Source: Octopus sinensis
Lineage: Eukaryota
Direction: 5' to 3'
DNA: 35,180 nt
NCBI RefSeq assembly: GCF_006345805.1
Contig: NW_021831978.1
Location: 1-35,180, forward strand
Made by a program: the position numbers and the translations under genes. Under the pieces are notes generated by a model, which saw only the letters and a program-made list of their open reading frames with translations, had not been told where the DNA came from and made no database searches. Every line of letters starts with the position of its first letter. Position 1 is the first letter of the stretch. Positions 12,058-23,579 of the stretch are shown one piece after another.

Positions 12058-12817
12058 TGCCATCAAAGTGACACTGGGGTAAAATATACGAAGCCCAGTA
12101 CACCCATCATGACTACCCGTCTGATAAGAGTACACCCGGCACACAACCATATGTGTGTGACATGGTGATCTCATATCAAGAAAAACAGCGCATGACCTTG
12201 CAGTTGGGGCCCAGTTAGAATTTTCTTCAGGTTGAGTAGCCCATCCCGCACAAAAGATCCTTGAATAAGGGTTGTTTAAGGATGTTGAACGAAATACCCA
12301 TGTTTCCAGAGGTGAATTATTCAAACCCGAAAGAATTCCTCTGAACACATGGCTATGATGATCCCCCACTACTTCTGCTCGTGGTCAGAGATGCACATAT
12401 CGTCAGCCACTAAGGGACATGCTCAACTGGTTAAGGTCAAACAGGTGACAAGCAAATCTGTGGTATTGAGCAGAATATTTGATGTAGCCCATCTTTTATA
12501 TCAAGACAAAACAATGTACATCATAACACTTCCAATCAGTTAAGATCAGAAGCCATTAGAGCCACTCTCTGGTACTGCATCAGGGCATGGAATCCCTCAC
12601 AACACATGGCTATGATGCTCCCCCACGACTTCTGCTCGTTATCAGAGATGCACATATCATCAACCATTGAGGGACATGCTCAACTGGTTAAGGTCAAACA
12701 ACTGACAAGCAAATCTGTGGTATTGAGCAGAATAGTTGCTGTAGCCCATCTTTTATACAAAGACAAAACAATGTACATGATAACACTTCCGATCGATTGA
12801 AACGAAAGCCACTGCCT
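12058..12817. mobile_element. Unclassified interspersed repeat (12058-12588) plus a second copy of its right part (12589-12817)
   Basis: A ~230-bp segment recurs at a 257-bp offset with substitution-type divergence (paralogous ORFs at 12349 and 12606). The first copy has weakly inverted ends, TGCCATCA...CATCAGGGCA. Confidence 0.55.
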
Positions 12818-12832
12818 ATTATTATTATTCAT

Positions 12833-13040
12833 CCTGGGGCAAAATACTTTGCGACATTTCGCCCGTCGTTACGTCCTGAGTTCAAAATCCGCAGAGGTCG
12901 ACTTTGCCTTTCATCCTTTCGGGGTCGATTAAATATGTAACAGTTACGCATTGGGGTCGATGTAATCGACTTAATCCGTTTGTCTGTCCTTGTTTGAACT
13001 ATCTGTATTTAGCTCCTTATGGGCAATAAAAAAATAAGAA
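12833..13040 (+). mobile_element. SINE family B, one degenerate unit without its A-box head
   Basis: GAGTTCAAAATCCGCAGAGGTCGACTTTGCCTTTCATCCTTTCGGGGTCGAT matches the units at 34539-35088. Confidence 0.85.
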
Positions 13041-13215
13041 ACAGAGGCCCCTCTTGAAGATGAAGCGACAGTAGCCTTCTATGGAGCATGCGAGGAAGAG
13101 TGTTTCCACACCGTAGATTGTCTCTTTGTCTCTGATTCAAAGTGATGAAACCAACACTCATCCTGGGTTAGGAAACATTCAAGGAAAGCAGCTGGGCCTG
13201 CCTCAAACAATGTCA
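13041..13215 (-). mobile_element. Mariner transposase fragment (catalytic domain start)
   Basis: Minus-strand frame FEAGPAAFLECFLTQDECWFHHFESETKRQSTVWKHSSSHAP*KATVASS resembles the mariner consensus FLxRIVTGDETWVHHYDPETKRQSMEW. Confidence 0.8.
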
Positions 13216-13287
13216 GATTTTGGTGGTGATGGTTCCGATGCAACTGGTGTTGTTAATCATGTTGATAATAGTGACGCTACTGATGTT

Positions 13288-13957
<670 letters not shown>

Positions 13958-14037
13958 CGGCAGATTGAAAAAGAGGCAGACAGAAAAACAGAGTGACAGC
14001 TAAATAAATAGAGAGACAGACAGATACATAGATAGAT

Positions 14038-16310
14038 AAGTTTCTTTATTGGCCACACAAGGCTGCACACAGATGGGACAAGTTACAAGGTAGAGCTTTT
14101 CTTTTGGGGGAGAAAAAAAAGGGTGGCGTAGGTTTTCGATCAAAAGGGATCGTAAAAGGGAAAAAAGAACAAAAAAAAAGAGAAAAGGAAAAAAGGAAAA
14201 GAAAAAAAAGAAAAAAGAAAAGAGGAAAAGAAAAAAAAAGAAAATAAAAATGAATAATGAAGAAAAAAGAGGAAAAAGGGGGAGAGGAAAAAAAACGATC
14301 AATAGGGATCGTGTATCACAGCGTCATGATGTATGGTGTAAAGGGGAAAGCAAGTAAGGTTTATCCGAGGGAAGAAAAGCCTACGAAAACGACCACGGTA
14401 ACCTTGGTCAATATTGTTATATGTTACCACATTTGTTTGCATGTGGGTAACCCTCTGTTTTCAATTCTGGGTTCATAGGATTATGCTCAAAGTGGCTTCG
14501 TCATTCATACGTGCCATCCTTGCTACATTCACCCATCTTTTTTTAAAACGCTACTCTCACTTTCCTTTTCAAGTGGTACTTGAAGAAGTTGATGAGAGGT
14601 TGACCAGAGAGGAAAGTGTTTGTCTCCAATCCTTTCAGACGCGTCCACCAGATACATTCTTTCACCATAGCCACAAGGATGATGAAATTAGCTCTTCCTT
14701 CCCGTTTGAAGGAAGGAGGCGTGACAATATTGACGATAGATTCAGCTGATAAACCGACTCGTCCCACACGTGACAGCAGTTGTTCGACATAAGCCCACAG
14801 GTCGGAAATTGCTGGACACTGCACGAGTGCGTGCAGAACGGTTTCGTCGCTCTGATCGCATCTCGGGCAGGTTGGCCCCGTGTTTCTCGAGCCGTGTCTG
14901 TAGAGCTTATCCCGAACGGGTAGCGCTTCTCGGTAGCACTGCCAGGCCAGGGATCTCTGGAAGTTGTCCATGGGCCCTGGCCCGAAAGTCGTCCCGAACA
15001 GGCGGGTCAGGTATTCCTTGTCAACGTGTAGGTTCGCCCCGAGCTCGTCGTCGTACCTCCCCTCCACTAATCCCCTTTAGAATGCTTTGGTTGTGATGGA
15101 GTCACTCAAGATTGACACAGGACGGCAGAGTTGCTTGAGAGCAACGCGACACTCGCGGTGCCATACGCCCTTCCTCGGCCTCTTTTTGATCCACGATTGC
15201 AGTTCGGTCATGGAGACGAGCTGCGGGAAAGCGTGCCTCACAAACGGCGACCACACCTGTTCACCGTCGTCTACGAAGAGCCTGAGATGTCGCAGTCTCA
15301 GCGCGTGTCTGCGCATCATCAACCACGGCACGACGGTCAGGCGGTAGTAAATGACGGACGCGATGTACGTGTTCGCCACCTCCACCCGACCTTTAGGGAC
15401 AGTTTCCTCTCGGCCCATTGCCGGGCGAGAGTAACCACCCTACTCGTTATCTCGTTCCAGTTCAACTCAACAGGACCGCCGGTCCAGCGTCCCACAACGG
15501 AGGCGCTGGTGGACGGCATGGGCTTGCTTCTCCAGGTGCCTAGTCGCAAGCCCACTGACTTTTCCCGGTTGATTTTTGCTCTTGTCACCGCTTCGTAGTT
15601 TTTCAGTGTCTCGCCGACCTGCTAGATATGCTCGTGGCTAGACACTATGACGGTGACGTCGTCCACGTATGCAGACACGCTCGTCCCGCATCCTAGTTCT
15701 CGCGGGATGCCCCTCAGAGTTGCCAGCTTCCGCAATAGTGGCTCGAGAGTCAATACGTATAGAAGCGACGAGAGGGGGCATCCCTGACGATCCGAATGTG
15801 CGATGTCGAAAGGTCTCGATAGATGTCCATTTACGCGAATTACCGAACGGATGCCTCTGTACAAAGCGGCTATCCAGCCGCGGAAGACGGGACCGAAGCC
15901 AGTCGCTCTGAGGACTGCCTCCAAGTATCGATGGTCTACCCTATCGAAAGCTTTCGATTGATCCAAATTGATCAGCGCCCCACCCATGCCAGGTTCGTTA
16001 ACTACCCTGTCTATGATGTAGCGCATCAGGTGGAGGTTGTCATGGATGGTCCGGCCCGGCACGGCGCACGTTTGCGCCTTGTCGACCAGTTTCTCGATGA
16101 TAAGCGCCAACCTCTTGGCTAACACCTTGGCCAAAATTTTCAAGTCTGCATTAAGCAGAGTGATGGGCCTAAAGTTATCTATTACATTTTCCTTGTTTAG
16201 ATCTTTCTTCAGCAGTGTTACGGCTCCTCGGCTCACAAAACCAGGAATGCTCCCGTTTTGCTGCCAGTTGCAGTACACCGCTGCCAAGACGTCTCCAAAC
16301 AAGTCTGGCA
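14038..16310 (-). mobile_element. 5'-truncated Tx1-clade (L1 group) non-LTR retrotransposon
   Basis: ORF2 remnants contain RT and zinc-knuckle motifs. The 3' UTR ends in AATAAAGAAACT, running directly into (TATC)n. Confidence 0.92.
14473..16310 (-). pseudogene. Disrupted LINE ORF2: reverse transcriptase plus C-terminal CCHC zinc knuckle
   Basis: Motifs NFRPITLLNADLKILAK, LDQSKAFDRVDH, RQGCPLSSLLY, AYVDD and CPRCDQSDETVLHALVQC. There are stops (e.g. 15622-15624), frame changes and apparent internal deletions. The likely original end is ...EATLSIIL* at 14473. Confidence 0.9.
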
Positions 16311-16424
<114 letters not shown>

Positions 16425-17209
16425 CGGCAGATTGAAAAAGAGGCAGACAGCTAAATAGATAGAGAGAGAGAGACAGGCAGACAGATAGACAGACAGACGG
16501 ACAGACTAAGTGATTCTTAATTAAGAGATACACTGGAAATATTACCTAATTGTATATTTCCACCTACAATGAGCTAATCACTCCGCTTCTAAGGACGCTC
16601 CTGTGTGATTTGAGTAAAACTTTACTGTTATTTCCAGCATGTTGATCGGATAGCCAGTGACGCCTTGTTGAGAAACACTGTCTGCAGAAGCTACTTGTAT
16701 GGATAGCTACGGCAGCCGCATACAAATGTTTACTGGAATATTCTCAGCACATTTTGTGTCTCACTTGGGTATAACTTTCAAATCATTTTCCAATGGCCAC
16801 CTCGAGCTCTTTCAAGATTCCATTTGATATTTCGTTATAATAGACCTGTCTACGAACGAATAGTTTCGTACGCATATTAAGTTCAACAAATGTCATCTCT
16901 TATCGTAAATTTAATTATCTTATATTGTAAAACCACCTGGAAGCAAAATAAACCATTTATTTAGATATTTATTTATTTATTTATTTTTGATATAAATTAT
17001 ATTGCTGAACAATGGTGGACTCTGTGTTCTCCTGTCGTGAACGACAGGTGAGGTCTCCGCACTTTCTTGCCGAACAACCTGCTCAAGAAGATTTGTTTGT
17101 AATGGTAAAATGTTTGAACTAAACATTAACTCACTTCCTTTATCAAATCGATATTGCCTGGGCAGGTGCACAGTGTGCCACGCGTCAGATATCGAAATAA
17201 TATCACAAA

Positions 17210-17332
17210 GCAAAGTGGAGTGAAGTAATGAAGTGTTTGTCCCAAGAACACAACACACGTCCGGTCCGGGAATCGAAGCAAAAAGATGGAGACTGTGAGT
17301 ACAAAATGCTCGCCATTCGGCCGCGCGCCTTC
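17210..17332 (-). mobile_element. Degenerate tRNA-derived SINE head (family C-like)
   Basis: Reverse complement reads GAAGGCGCGCGGCCGAATGG...TTCGATTCCCGGACCGGACGTGTGTTGTGTTCTTGGG. Confidence 0.6.
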
Positions 17333-17434
17333 GCTACCGAACATTATCATCGTTATACAAACACAAGCGAGTCAGACAAGGTGGCGTCTTCATACGTATT
17401 GTATTACCGATGTATTATATTACCGTCACTATTT

Positions 17435-17566
17435 AGGCGTAGGAGTGGCTGTGTGGTAAGTAGCATGCCACCTTGGGCAAATGTCTTCTACTATAGCCTC
17501 GGGCCGACCAAAGCCTTGTGAGTTGATTTTGTAGACGGAAACTGAAAGAAACCTGTCGTATATATG

Positions 17567-17601
<35 letters not shown>

Positions 17602-17814
17602 TTGTGTGTCTGTGTTTGTCCCCACCCAACTTTGCTTGACGACCTATGCGGCTGTGTTTAAGTCCCCGTAACGTAGCGGTTCGGCAAAAGAGATCAATAG
17701 AATAAGTACTAGGCTTACAAAGAATAAGTCCTGGGGGTCGATTAGCTCGACTAATCGCGATGCTCCAGCATGGCCGCAGTCAAATGACTGAAACAAGTAA
17801 AAGAGTGTAAAGAG
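17435..17814 (+). mobile_element. SINE family A with the B-box region deleted
   Basis: AGGCGTAGGAGTGGCTGTGTGGTAAG head, internal (TA)(TG) tract and ...GACTGAAACAAGTAAAAGAG tail. The GGTTCCGGGTTCAGTCCC segment is missing compared with other copies. Confidence 0.9.
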
Positions 17815-18007
17815 GTATGACATCACCAAGTATCAGATAATGTAGTGTCCTGATGCCCTAATTATACTTGTCTATCGTCGCCACATTACATCATTAGAGT
17901 ATTTGCAAAGGCAACTCTCTACCCAGAATATTTAGCATGATCATGTTAAAAACGTTGCCAATGAATTAGTTAAGGTGCCTGTTAATATTACTTAAATTAG
18001 GGGCTAA

Positions 18008-18333
18008 TATTCCTTTCTACTATAAGCACAAGGCCTGAAATTTGTGGGGAAGAGGTAAGTCCATTACATCTACCCCAGTGTTTCACCGGTACCTAATCTA
18101 TCGACCTCGGAAGGATAAAAGGCAAATTCGACCCTAGTGGTATTTGAACTCAGAACGTAAGGGGCTATACACAGAGGGGACAAACAAGGACAGACAAACG
18201 GATTAAGTCGATTATACCGATCCCAGTGCGTAACTAGTACTTATTTAATTGATCCCGAAAGGATGAAAGGCAAAATCAACCTCGGCGGAATTTGAACACA
18301 GAACGTAACGGCAGACGAAATACCGCTAAGCAT
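18008..18333 (-). mobile_element. SINE family B, two adjacent units of different subtype (18008-18160 and 18161-18333)
   Basis: Both contain the reverse complement of TTACGTTCTGAGTTCAAAT..CGAC TTTGCCTTTCATCCTT. Confidence 0.8.
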
Positions 18334-18525
18334 GGAGAATCTCTTTGATATCTGAGCAACGCACTCTGTCGAGGAAAACTACTGCTGGGGCTTCGTCCTT
18401 TCAATGTTGCCGTAGAGATCAGTAAATTATTTAAGGCTGTACTAGACATGAAGGCAGTAGCAAAGGAAAATTTCTGATGCCTTGGTTGTAATGCGAAAAT
18501 TCCTTTGGGATAGTGGCACTCCATC

Positions 18526-18826
18526 GATTACGACGTCGAGGGTTCCAGTTAAGTAAGCTGATGAAGTTAGAAAAGTAAAGTCACCTTCTCGAGTCACGCC
18601 CAGTCATAAGGGCCGGTTTCCCGGTTTCATGCTGTATATATTCCCTACCCGGGCGGGATGCCGATCCATTCCAGTGTTATTCATTTTTGCCAGGTGAGTG
18701 GACTGGAGCAACATGAAATGAAGTGTTTTGCTCAAGAACACAAGGTGTTGCCTGGTCCAGGAATCGATACCTACAATCTTACGATCATGAGTCTAACACC
18801 CTAACCACTAAGCCACGCGCTTCCAC
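18526..18826 (-). mobile_element. tRNA-derived SINE (family C-type head, different body)
   Basis: Reverse complement reads GTGGAAGCGCGTGGCTTAGTGGTTAGGGTG...GTATCGATTCCTGGACC...TGTGTTCTTGAGCAAAACACTTCATTTCATGTTGCTCCAGTCCAC. Confidence 0.85.
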
Positions 18827-19149
18827 AAGCTAAGGCGATGTCCTAACATCTTGAATATCTTGTACTGTTAACTTAGTATTATTAATCCATCCGTCCAATT
18901 ATTTGTTTTCGCCCACTGTTCCCGTAGAGTCGTGAAAGTAGAATCCTCGGGCAACTCTTCCACATGGTCCTATCTCAAGTAACTATCATTAGATTTTCGG
19001 ACTGGATTCCCAAGTGTCACTATTGGATATTAACCAACCATTTCATTCCTGAGCTAGCCTTACGTCTCCTGCCGGCAGGTAAAACTTGAAGAATCTGTCT
19101 TGGGATCAAGCGCGCCAGAACGTGACACTGCTGGCTCTTTGAAATACAG

Positions 19150-19288
19150 ATACTGTTTATTTTTGCCAGCTGAGATGACAGGAGAAGCGTGAAAATAAAG
19201 TGCTGAAAGACACAACACGTCACCGGGAATTGAACTCAAGACCTTACGACCGTGAGCCAAATACTTTAACCACTATGTTATGCACCTT
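19150..19288 (-). mobile_element. Degenerate tRNA-derived SINE head
   Basis: Reverse complement reads AAGGTGCATAACATAGTGGTTAAAG...GAGTTCAATTCCCGGTGACGTGTTGTGTC. Confidence 0.65.
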
Positions 19289-19499
19289 TTCTAGTTTAGG
19301 ATAACTCTGAGCTAAACTGATATTGTTTGTACTGCAGCAGGTACTTCAAGGATCGCACATGAGTACATTGAGGAGTATTAGACTTTTCGGTGTAGAATTA
19401 ATCTGTGACATTTGGGGACGGTCATATTGCCAATAAAAACACACGCGCTATATATTTGGTGTTCATTTGCTTCAGTTTTATTTTATATTTATTGTATTT

Positions 19500-19545
19500 T
19501 GGCCAGAGTTCTTTCGTCACACTTCTGTGACCTCATCAGAGGTCC
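19500..19545 (-). ncRNA. Minimal type-I hammerhead ribozyme motif (left arm)
   Basis: Minus strand: ggacct CTGATGA g GTCACA gaag TGTGAC GAAA gaacTC tggcca. The predicted cleavage triplet is CUC, cutting after 19506. Confidence 0.7.
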
Positions 19546-19616
19546 TTTGCTTTCTTCTTTCTATTTTTGTGTTTCTCCTTACAAACGATCTGCCATTTTG
19601 TGTGATACAAAAAGCA

Positions 19617-19665
19617 AATGACCACTGATGAGGTCACAGAAGTGTGACGAAAAATCTCTGGCCGA
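19617..19665 (+). ncRNA. Minimal type-I hammerhead ribozyme motif (right arm)
   Basis: tgacca CTGATGA g GTCACA gaag TGTGAC GAAA aatcTC tggccg. The predicted cleavage triplet is CUC, cutting after 19658. Stem I is TGACCA/TGGCCG with one A-C mismatch. Confidence 0.7.
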
Positions 19666-19935
19666 AATACAATTAATATAAAAATAGAGCTGAAGCAAGT
19701 GAGCACCAAATATATACTGCGTGTGTTTTCATTGGCTAAACTGGTTACATGACCATCCCCAAATACAGCAATATCTGTTTCAACACACGAATTCACGTCA
19801 AGAATCTTGCAAAACGAATTCATAAACGTCATCTGTGACAAATGTAATAAAATGTGGAAAACCCTGAAATTGCATACCTAACCGTACAGTCATCTGCGTT
19901 GGTATACAGATAAGAGAAACACACATGCATTGATA

Positions 19936-20194
19936 TACTCTTTTTACTCTTTACTCTTTTACTTCTTTCAGTCATTTGACTGTGGCCATGCTGGAGCACC
20001 ACCTTCAGTCGAGCAAATCGACCCCATATATATATATATTCTTTTATTCTTTTACTTGGACTTATTCTTTGTAAGCCTAGCACTTATTCTATCGGTCTCT
20101 TTTGCCGAACCGCTAAGTTACGGGGACGTAAACACACGAGCATCGGTTGTCAAGCGATGTTGGGGGGACAAACACAGAGACAAACAACACACAC

Positions 20195-20243
<49 letters not shown>

Positions 20244-20431
20244 TAATATATATATTATATATATATTGACGGGCTTCCTTCAATTTCCGTCTACCAAATC
20301 CACTCACAAGGCCTTGGTCTGCCCGAGGCTATAGTAGAAGACACTTGCCCAAGGTGCCACGCAGTCGGACTGAACCCGGAACCATGTGGTTGGTAAGCAA
20401 GCTACTTACCACACAACCATTCCTGCGCCTA
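19936..20431 (-). mobile_element. Full-length SINE family A with an expanded internal (TA)n
   Basis: Head at 20431 (A and B boxes), CORE-like GGCACCTTGGGCAAGTG, and an (AGTAAAAG)n-type tail at 19936. Confidence 0.92.
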
Positions 20432-20599
20432 TATATATAAATACGCACATACATACATACGCACATATACGTGTAAAAATCTACACAGAGACACTGAGTG
20501 AAGACTCATATTGATGTGCACACGTACAGAAACACATTACTGAACGAAACATAGGACTCTTTAATTGAGCCAACAAATGTTCGTCTATATGGTGGCTGG

Positions 20600-22320
20600 A
20601 GGGAGAAAGGAGAGGCGTAGAGAGAGGCAGAATTAGAGAGAGAGAGAATGGGAGAGAGAGGCAGAGGGGGAGAGAGAGGTAGAGTGAGGGAGAGAAAGAG
20701 AAACAGGTGGAGAGAGCGTAAAGGATAGAGCGGGCGAGAGGGAAATAGATTGAAAGAGAGGAGACGAGTAATTTTGTTTGCGAATAGAGAGTAAAATAGT
20801 GTTTAGATGAGAGAGGGGGGAGAGAGATAGAGAGAGAGGATGCTATAAAGAGGAGAACGAAGGAAGAGAGGATGAGATAAAGAGAGGAGAGATGAGAGTG
20901 AGAACGAGAGAGACAGGAAAGAAAATAGTGTGTGTGTGTGTGTATGTGTGTTGAAAAATGTATAAAAGTAAGGGCATACATATATATAATGAAGGCGAGA
21001 GAGAGAAAGAAAGAGAACGAGAGAGAGAGAGTGTGTGTTTGTGAGAGAGAGAGAGAAAGAGAAAGAGAGAGAGAGCGAGAGTGTGTGTGTGTATGAGAGA
21101 GAGAGAGAGAGAGAAAACGATGACGAGAGACAAAGACAACGAGAAGATAGATAGAATAAGAGTGAGAAGCGGGGAAAATGGGAGAAGAGTGAAAAAGAGG
21201 GGGAAGAGAAGAACAGTGTCGTGTTTGACAGAGGAGATTAAGAAAAAGCGAGAATGAAGGAGAAAGAAGATAATTGGGGAACGAGTGAAAACAGCAAGAA
21301 TGGAAGAGGGTGAAGGAGAGGAAGTGAGAGTGCAAGAATGAGCGAAGAGGGATGTAAACACGAAATATAAAGCAGCAATTAAATAGACAACATATTTAAA
21401 CAAATATTGCAAATACGAGGGTTAAAATAAGAAGACATTGTTTGACAAGGCAGGGCGCGGCGGAAGAACGAGGTTTAGAGAAGGGTGACAAAGAGGATAA
21501 GTGGGAGGAGGGAACACTGTGTGTATTTGTGTGTGTGTGAATGTGAGTCTTTGTGTGTGTGTGTGTTTGTATGTGTGGGTTTGTGTGTGGAAGAGTATTT
21601 GTGTGTATGTGTTTGTGTTTGTGAAGTTGAAGTAGAGAAGTGGAAAAAGAGATAAAGAGACAAGCAGATAGATAGAGAGAGAGAGGTGAGAGGAGAGAGA
21701 GAGGAGAAATAGTGAGAGAAAGTAAGTGAGAGTGTGAGAGAGTGAGAGAGTGAGAGACAGTGATCTAAACGACATACAAATCATTGGAATAAAGCTAAAG
21801 CAAACGACACTATTGAGCAAATATTGCCAGCAAGGCAGAAATAAATGAGAGAGGGAGAACGAGAGGGAGAACGAGAGAAGGACAGAGATTGAAAGAGGGA
21901 GAGAGAGAGAGGGGGGAGAGCGATAGAGAGATAGAGATGTGCAAACAGCAGCAGAAACCGCCAAATAAATAGAGAACGTATTTTGTGCAAACATTACAAA
22001 TGAAAAAAAAGAAGTAAAATGGAAAACGAAACAAAATCGGTGAAAGAAATAAAAAGGAGAAATATAAAAAAAAAAGAATAGAAATAAACGAAAAAGGAAA
22101 TAAATAAATAGATAAATAAATATAGAGATTTTGGAAATATAGAAAGAGAAAAGAGAGAAAGGAAGGAAGAAGCAAATAAAGGAAGGGAAGAAAGAGATAC
22201 AAAATGGTGGTAAAGGGGAAAAAATCAGGGAAGGAAAGAAAGAAAGAAGGGAAAAGAGAAAGGGAGAAAGAGAGGAGGGAAGAAAAAGGGAAGAAAGAAA
22301 GAAATGAAGATGATAAGGAC
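20600..22320. repeat. ~1.7-kb purine-rich degenerate (GA)n/(GAA)n low-complexity region with (TG)n islands
   Basis: Direct reading. The minus-strand S/L/F-rich ORFs are compositional artefacts. Confidence 0.85.
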
Positions 22321-22322
22321 TT

Positions 22323-22446
22323 TAGAAGAAGAAGAAGAAGAAGAAGAAGAAGAAGAAGAAGAAGAAGAAGAAGAAGAAGAAGAAGAAGAAGAAGAAGAAG
22401 AAGAAGAAGAAGAAGAAGAAGAAGAAGAAGAAGAAGAAGAAGAAGA
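22323..22446. repeat. Pure (GAA)n, about 40 units
   Basis: Direct reading. Confidence 0.95.
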
Positions 22447-22842
22447 TTGCATTTGATTTCCGAAATGTTTTAGAGATAAATAAATGTCTTCGAAAGACAA
22501 AGATTTTGTGCTTCCAGAAAGCAGAAGCGACTTGCCAAGTAATGAAACCAATGTAAAGACGAGAAATGCGAGAAGAAACGACTTAGGAACACCTTCCGCA
22601 GGAAAAAGCAATAGTTAAGTGAGTGATCTTGTGTAATATAATGAATCTGAAACAACTTAGTTAATTAAATTTGTAGTCGTGGTGGAGAGGCGAAATTTCC
22701 GTTACCTTGATACCTAATCCTGGTCAGAAAAAGGCAAGTGGAGATAATCTCGACATTTTGAAGTGATTAAATTTTAATTAAGATTTGAATAAAGTATGGC
22801 GTGCATTGGGAACGAGTTTGATGTTTTGTAAGTACGGTAGGT

Positions 22843-22890
22843 AACTCTTGACATATTTCGGCTTTATGAAACCTCATCGGTGAAGTAGTT
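22843..22890 (-). ncRNA. Degenerate hammerhead-like core, copy 1 of a ~45-nt repeat
   Basis: Minus strand: cacCGATGA GGTTT cata AAGCC GAAA tatGTC aagagtt. The core is mutated and stem I is not convincing. Confidence 0.35.
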
Positions 22891-23050
22891 AAACCAAAAT
22901 TATCACTTTAAGGATGACTTGAATGAGATGTAGAATTTTGTGAAGAGGAAAATTCGCAAAAAAAAAGAAAAAGAAAAAACAAAGCTAGTTCGAGTTTTGT
23001 GCATATCCTTTCCTATTGTCATGAATGTTGGTTGATCAATGAAAGGGTAT

Positions 23051-23461
23051 ACTCTTTTACTCTTTTACTTGTTTCAGTCATCTGACTGTGGCCATGCTGG
23101 AGTACCGCCTTTAGTCGAGTAAATCGACCCCAGGGCTTATTCTTTGTAAGCCTAGTACTTATTCTATCGGTCTCTTTTGCCGAACCGCTAAGTTACGGGA
23201 ACGTAAACACACCAGCATCGGTTGTCAAGCAATGTTGGGGAGACAAACACAGACACACAAATACACATACATATACACATATATATACATATGTACGACG
23301 GGGTTCTTTCAGTTTCCGTCTACCAAATCCACTCACAAGGCTTTGGGATCGGCCCGAGGCTATAGTAGAAGACACTTGCCCAAGGTGCCACGCGGTGGGA
23401 CTGAACCTGGAACCATGTGGTTGGTAAGCAAGCTACTTATTACACAGCCACACCTGCGCCT
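23051..23461 (-). mobile_element. Full-length SINE family A with a degenerate 12-bp TSD
   Basis: Complete head-to-tail match to family A. The flanks ATGAAAGGGTAT (23039-23050) and ATGAGAGCGAAT (23462-23473) match at 9/12 positions. Confidence 0.92.
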
Positions 23462-23579
23462 ATGAGAGCGAATACAAAAGATAGAAATGAGATTCCTCCA
23501 AATGATCTCTGGAAAAATGTTTTTTGACAGAGTCTGTAGCTCAGATATTAAGGCGTCTATCCTATCACGGTCGAACAGT

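Larger units (their letters stand above)
19410..19764. mobile_element. Inverted-repeat (foldback) element with ~145-bp arms, each carrying a hammerhead motif; probably derived from a Penelope-like pLTR
   Basis: Arms 19410-19552 and 19611-19764 are reverse complements (about 85-90% identical by eye, one ~10-bp indel) around a ~58-bp spacer. Confidence 0.8.

Noticed and set aside
18557-18580. CTGATGAAGTTAGAAA resembling a hammerhead core
   Set aside because: There is no stem II and no stem III palindrome, and it lies inside a SINE body.
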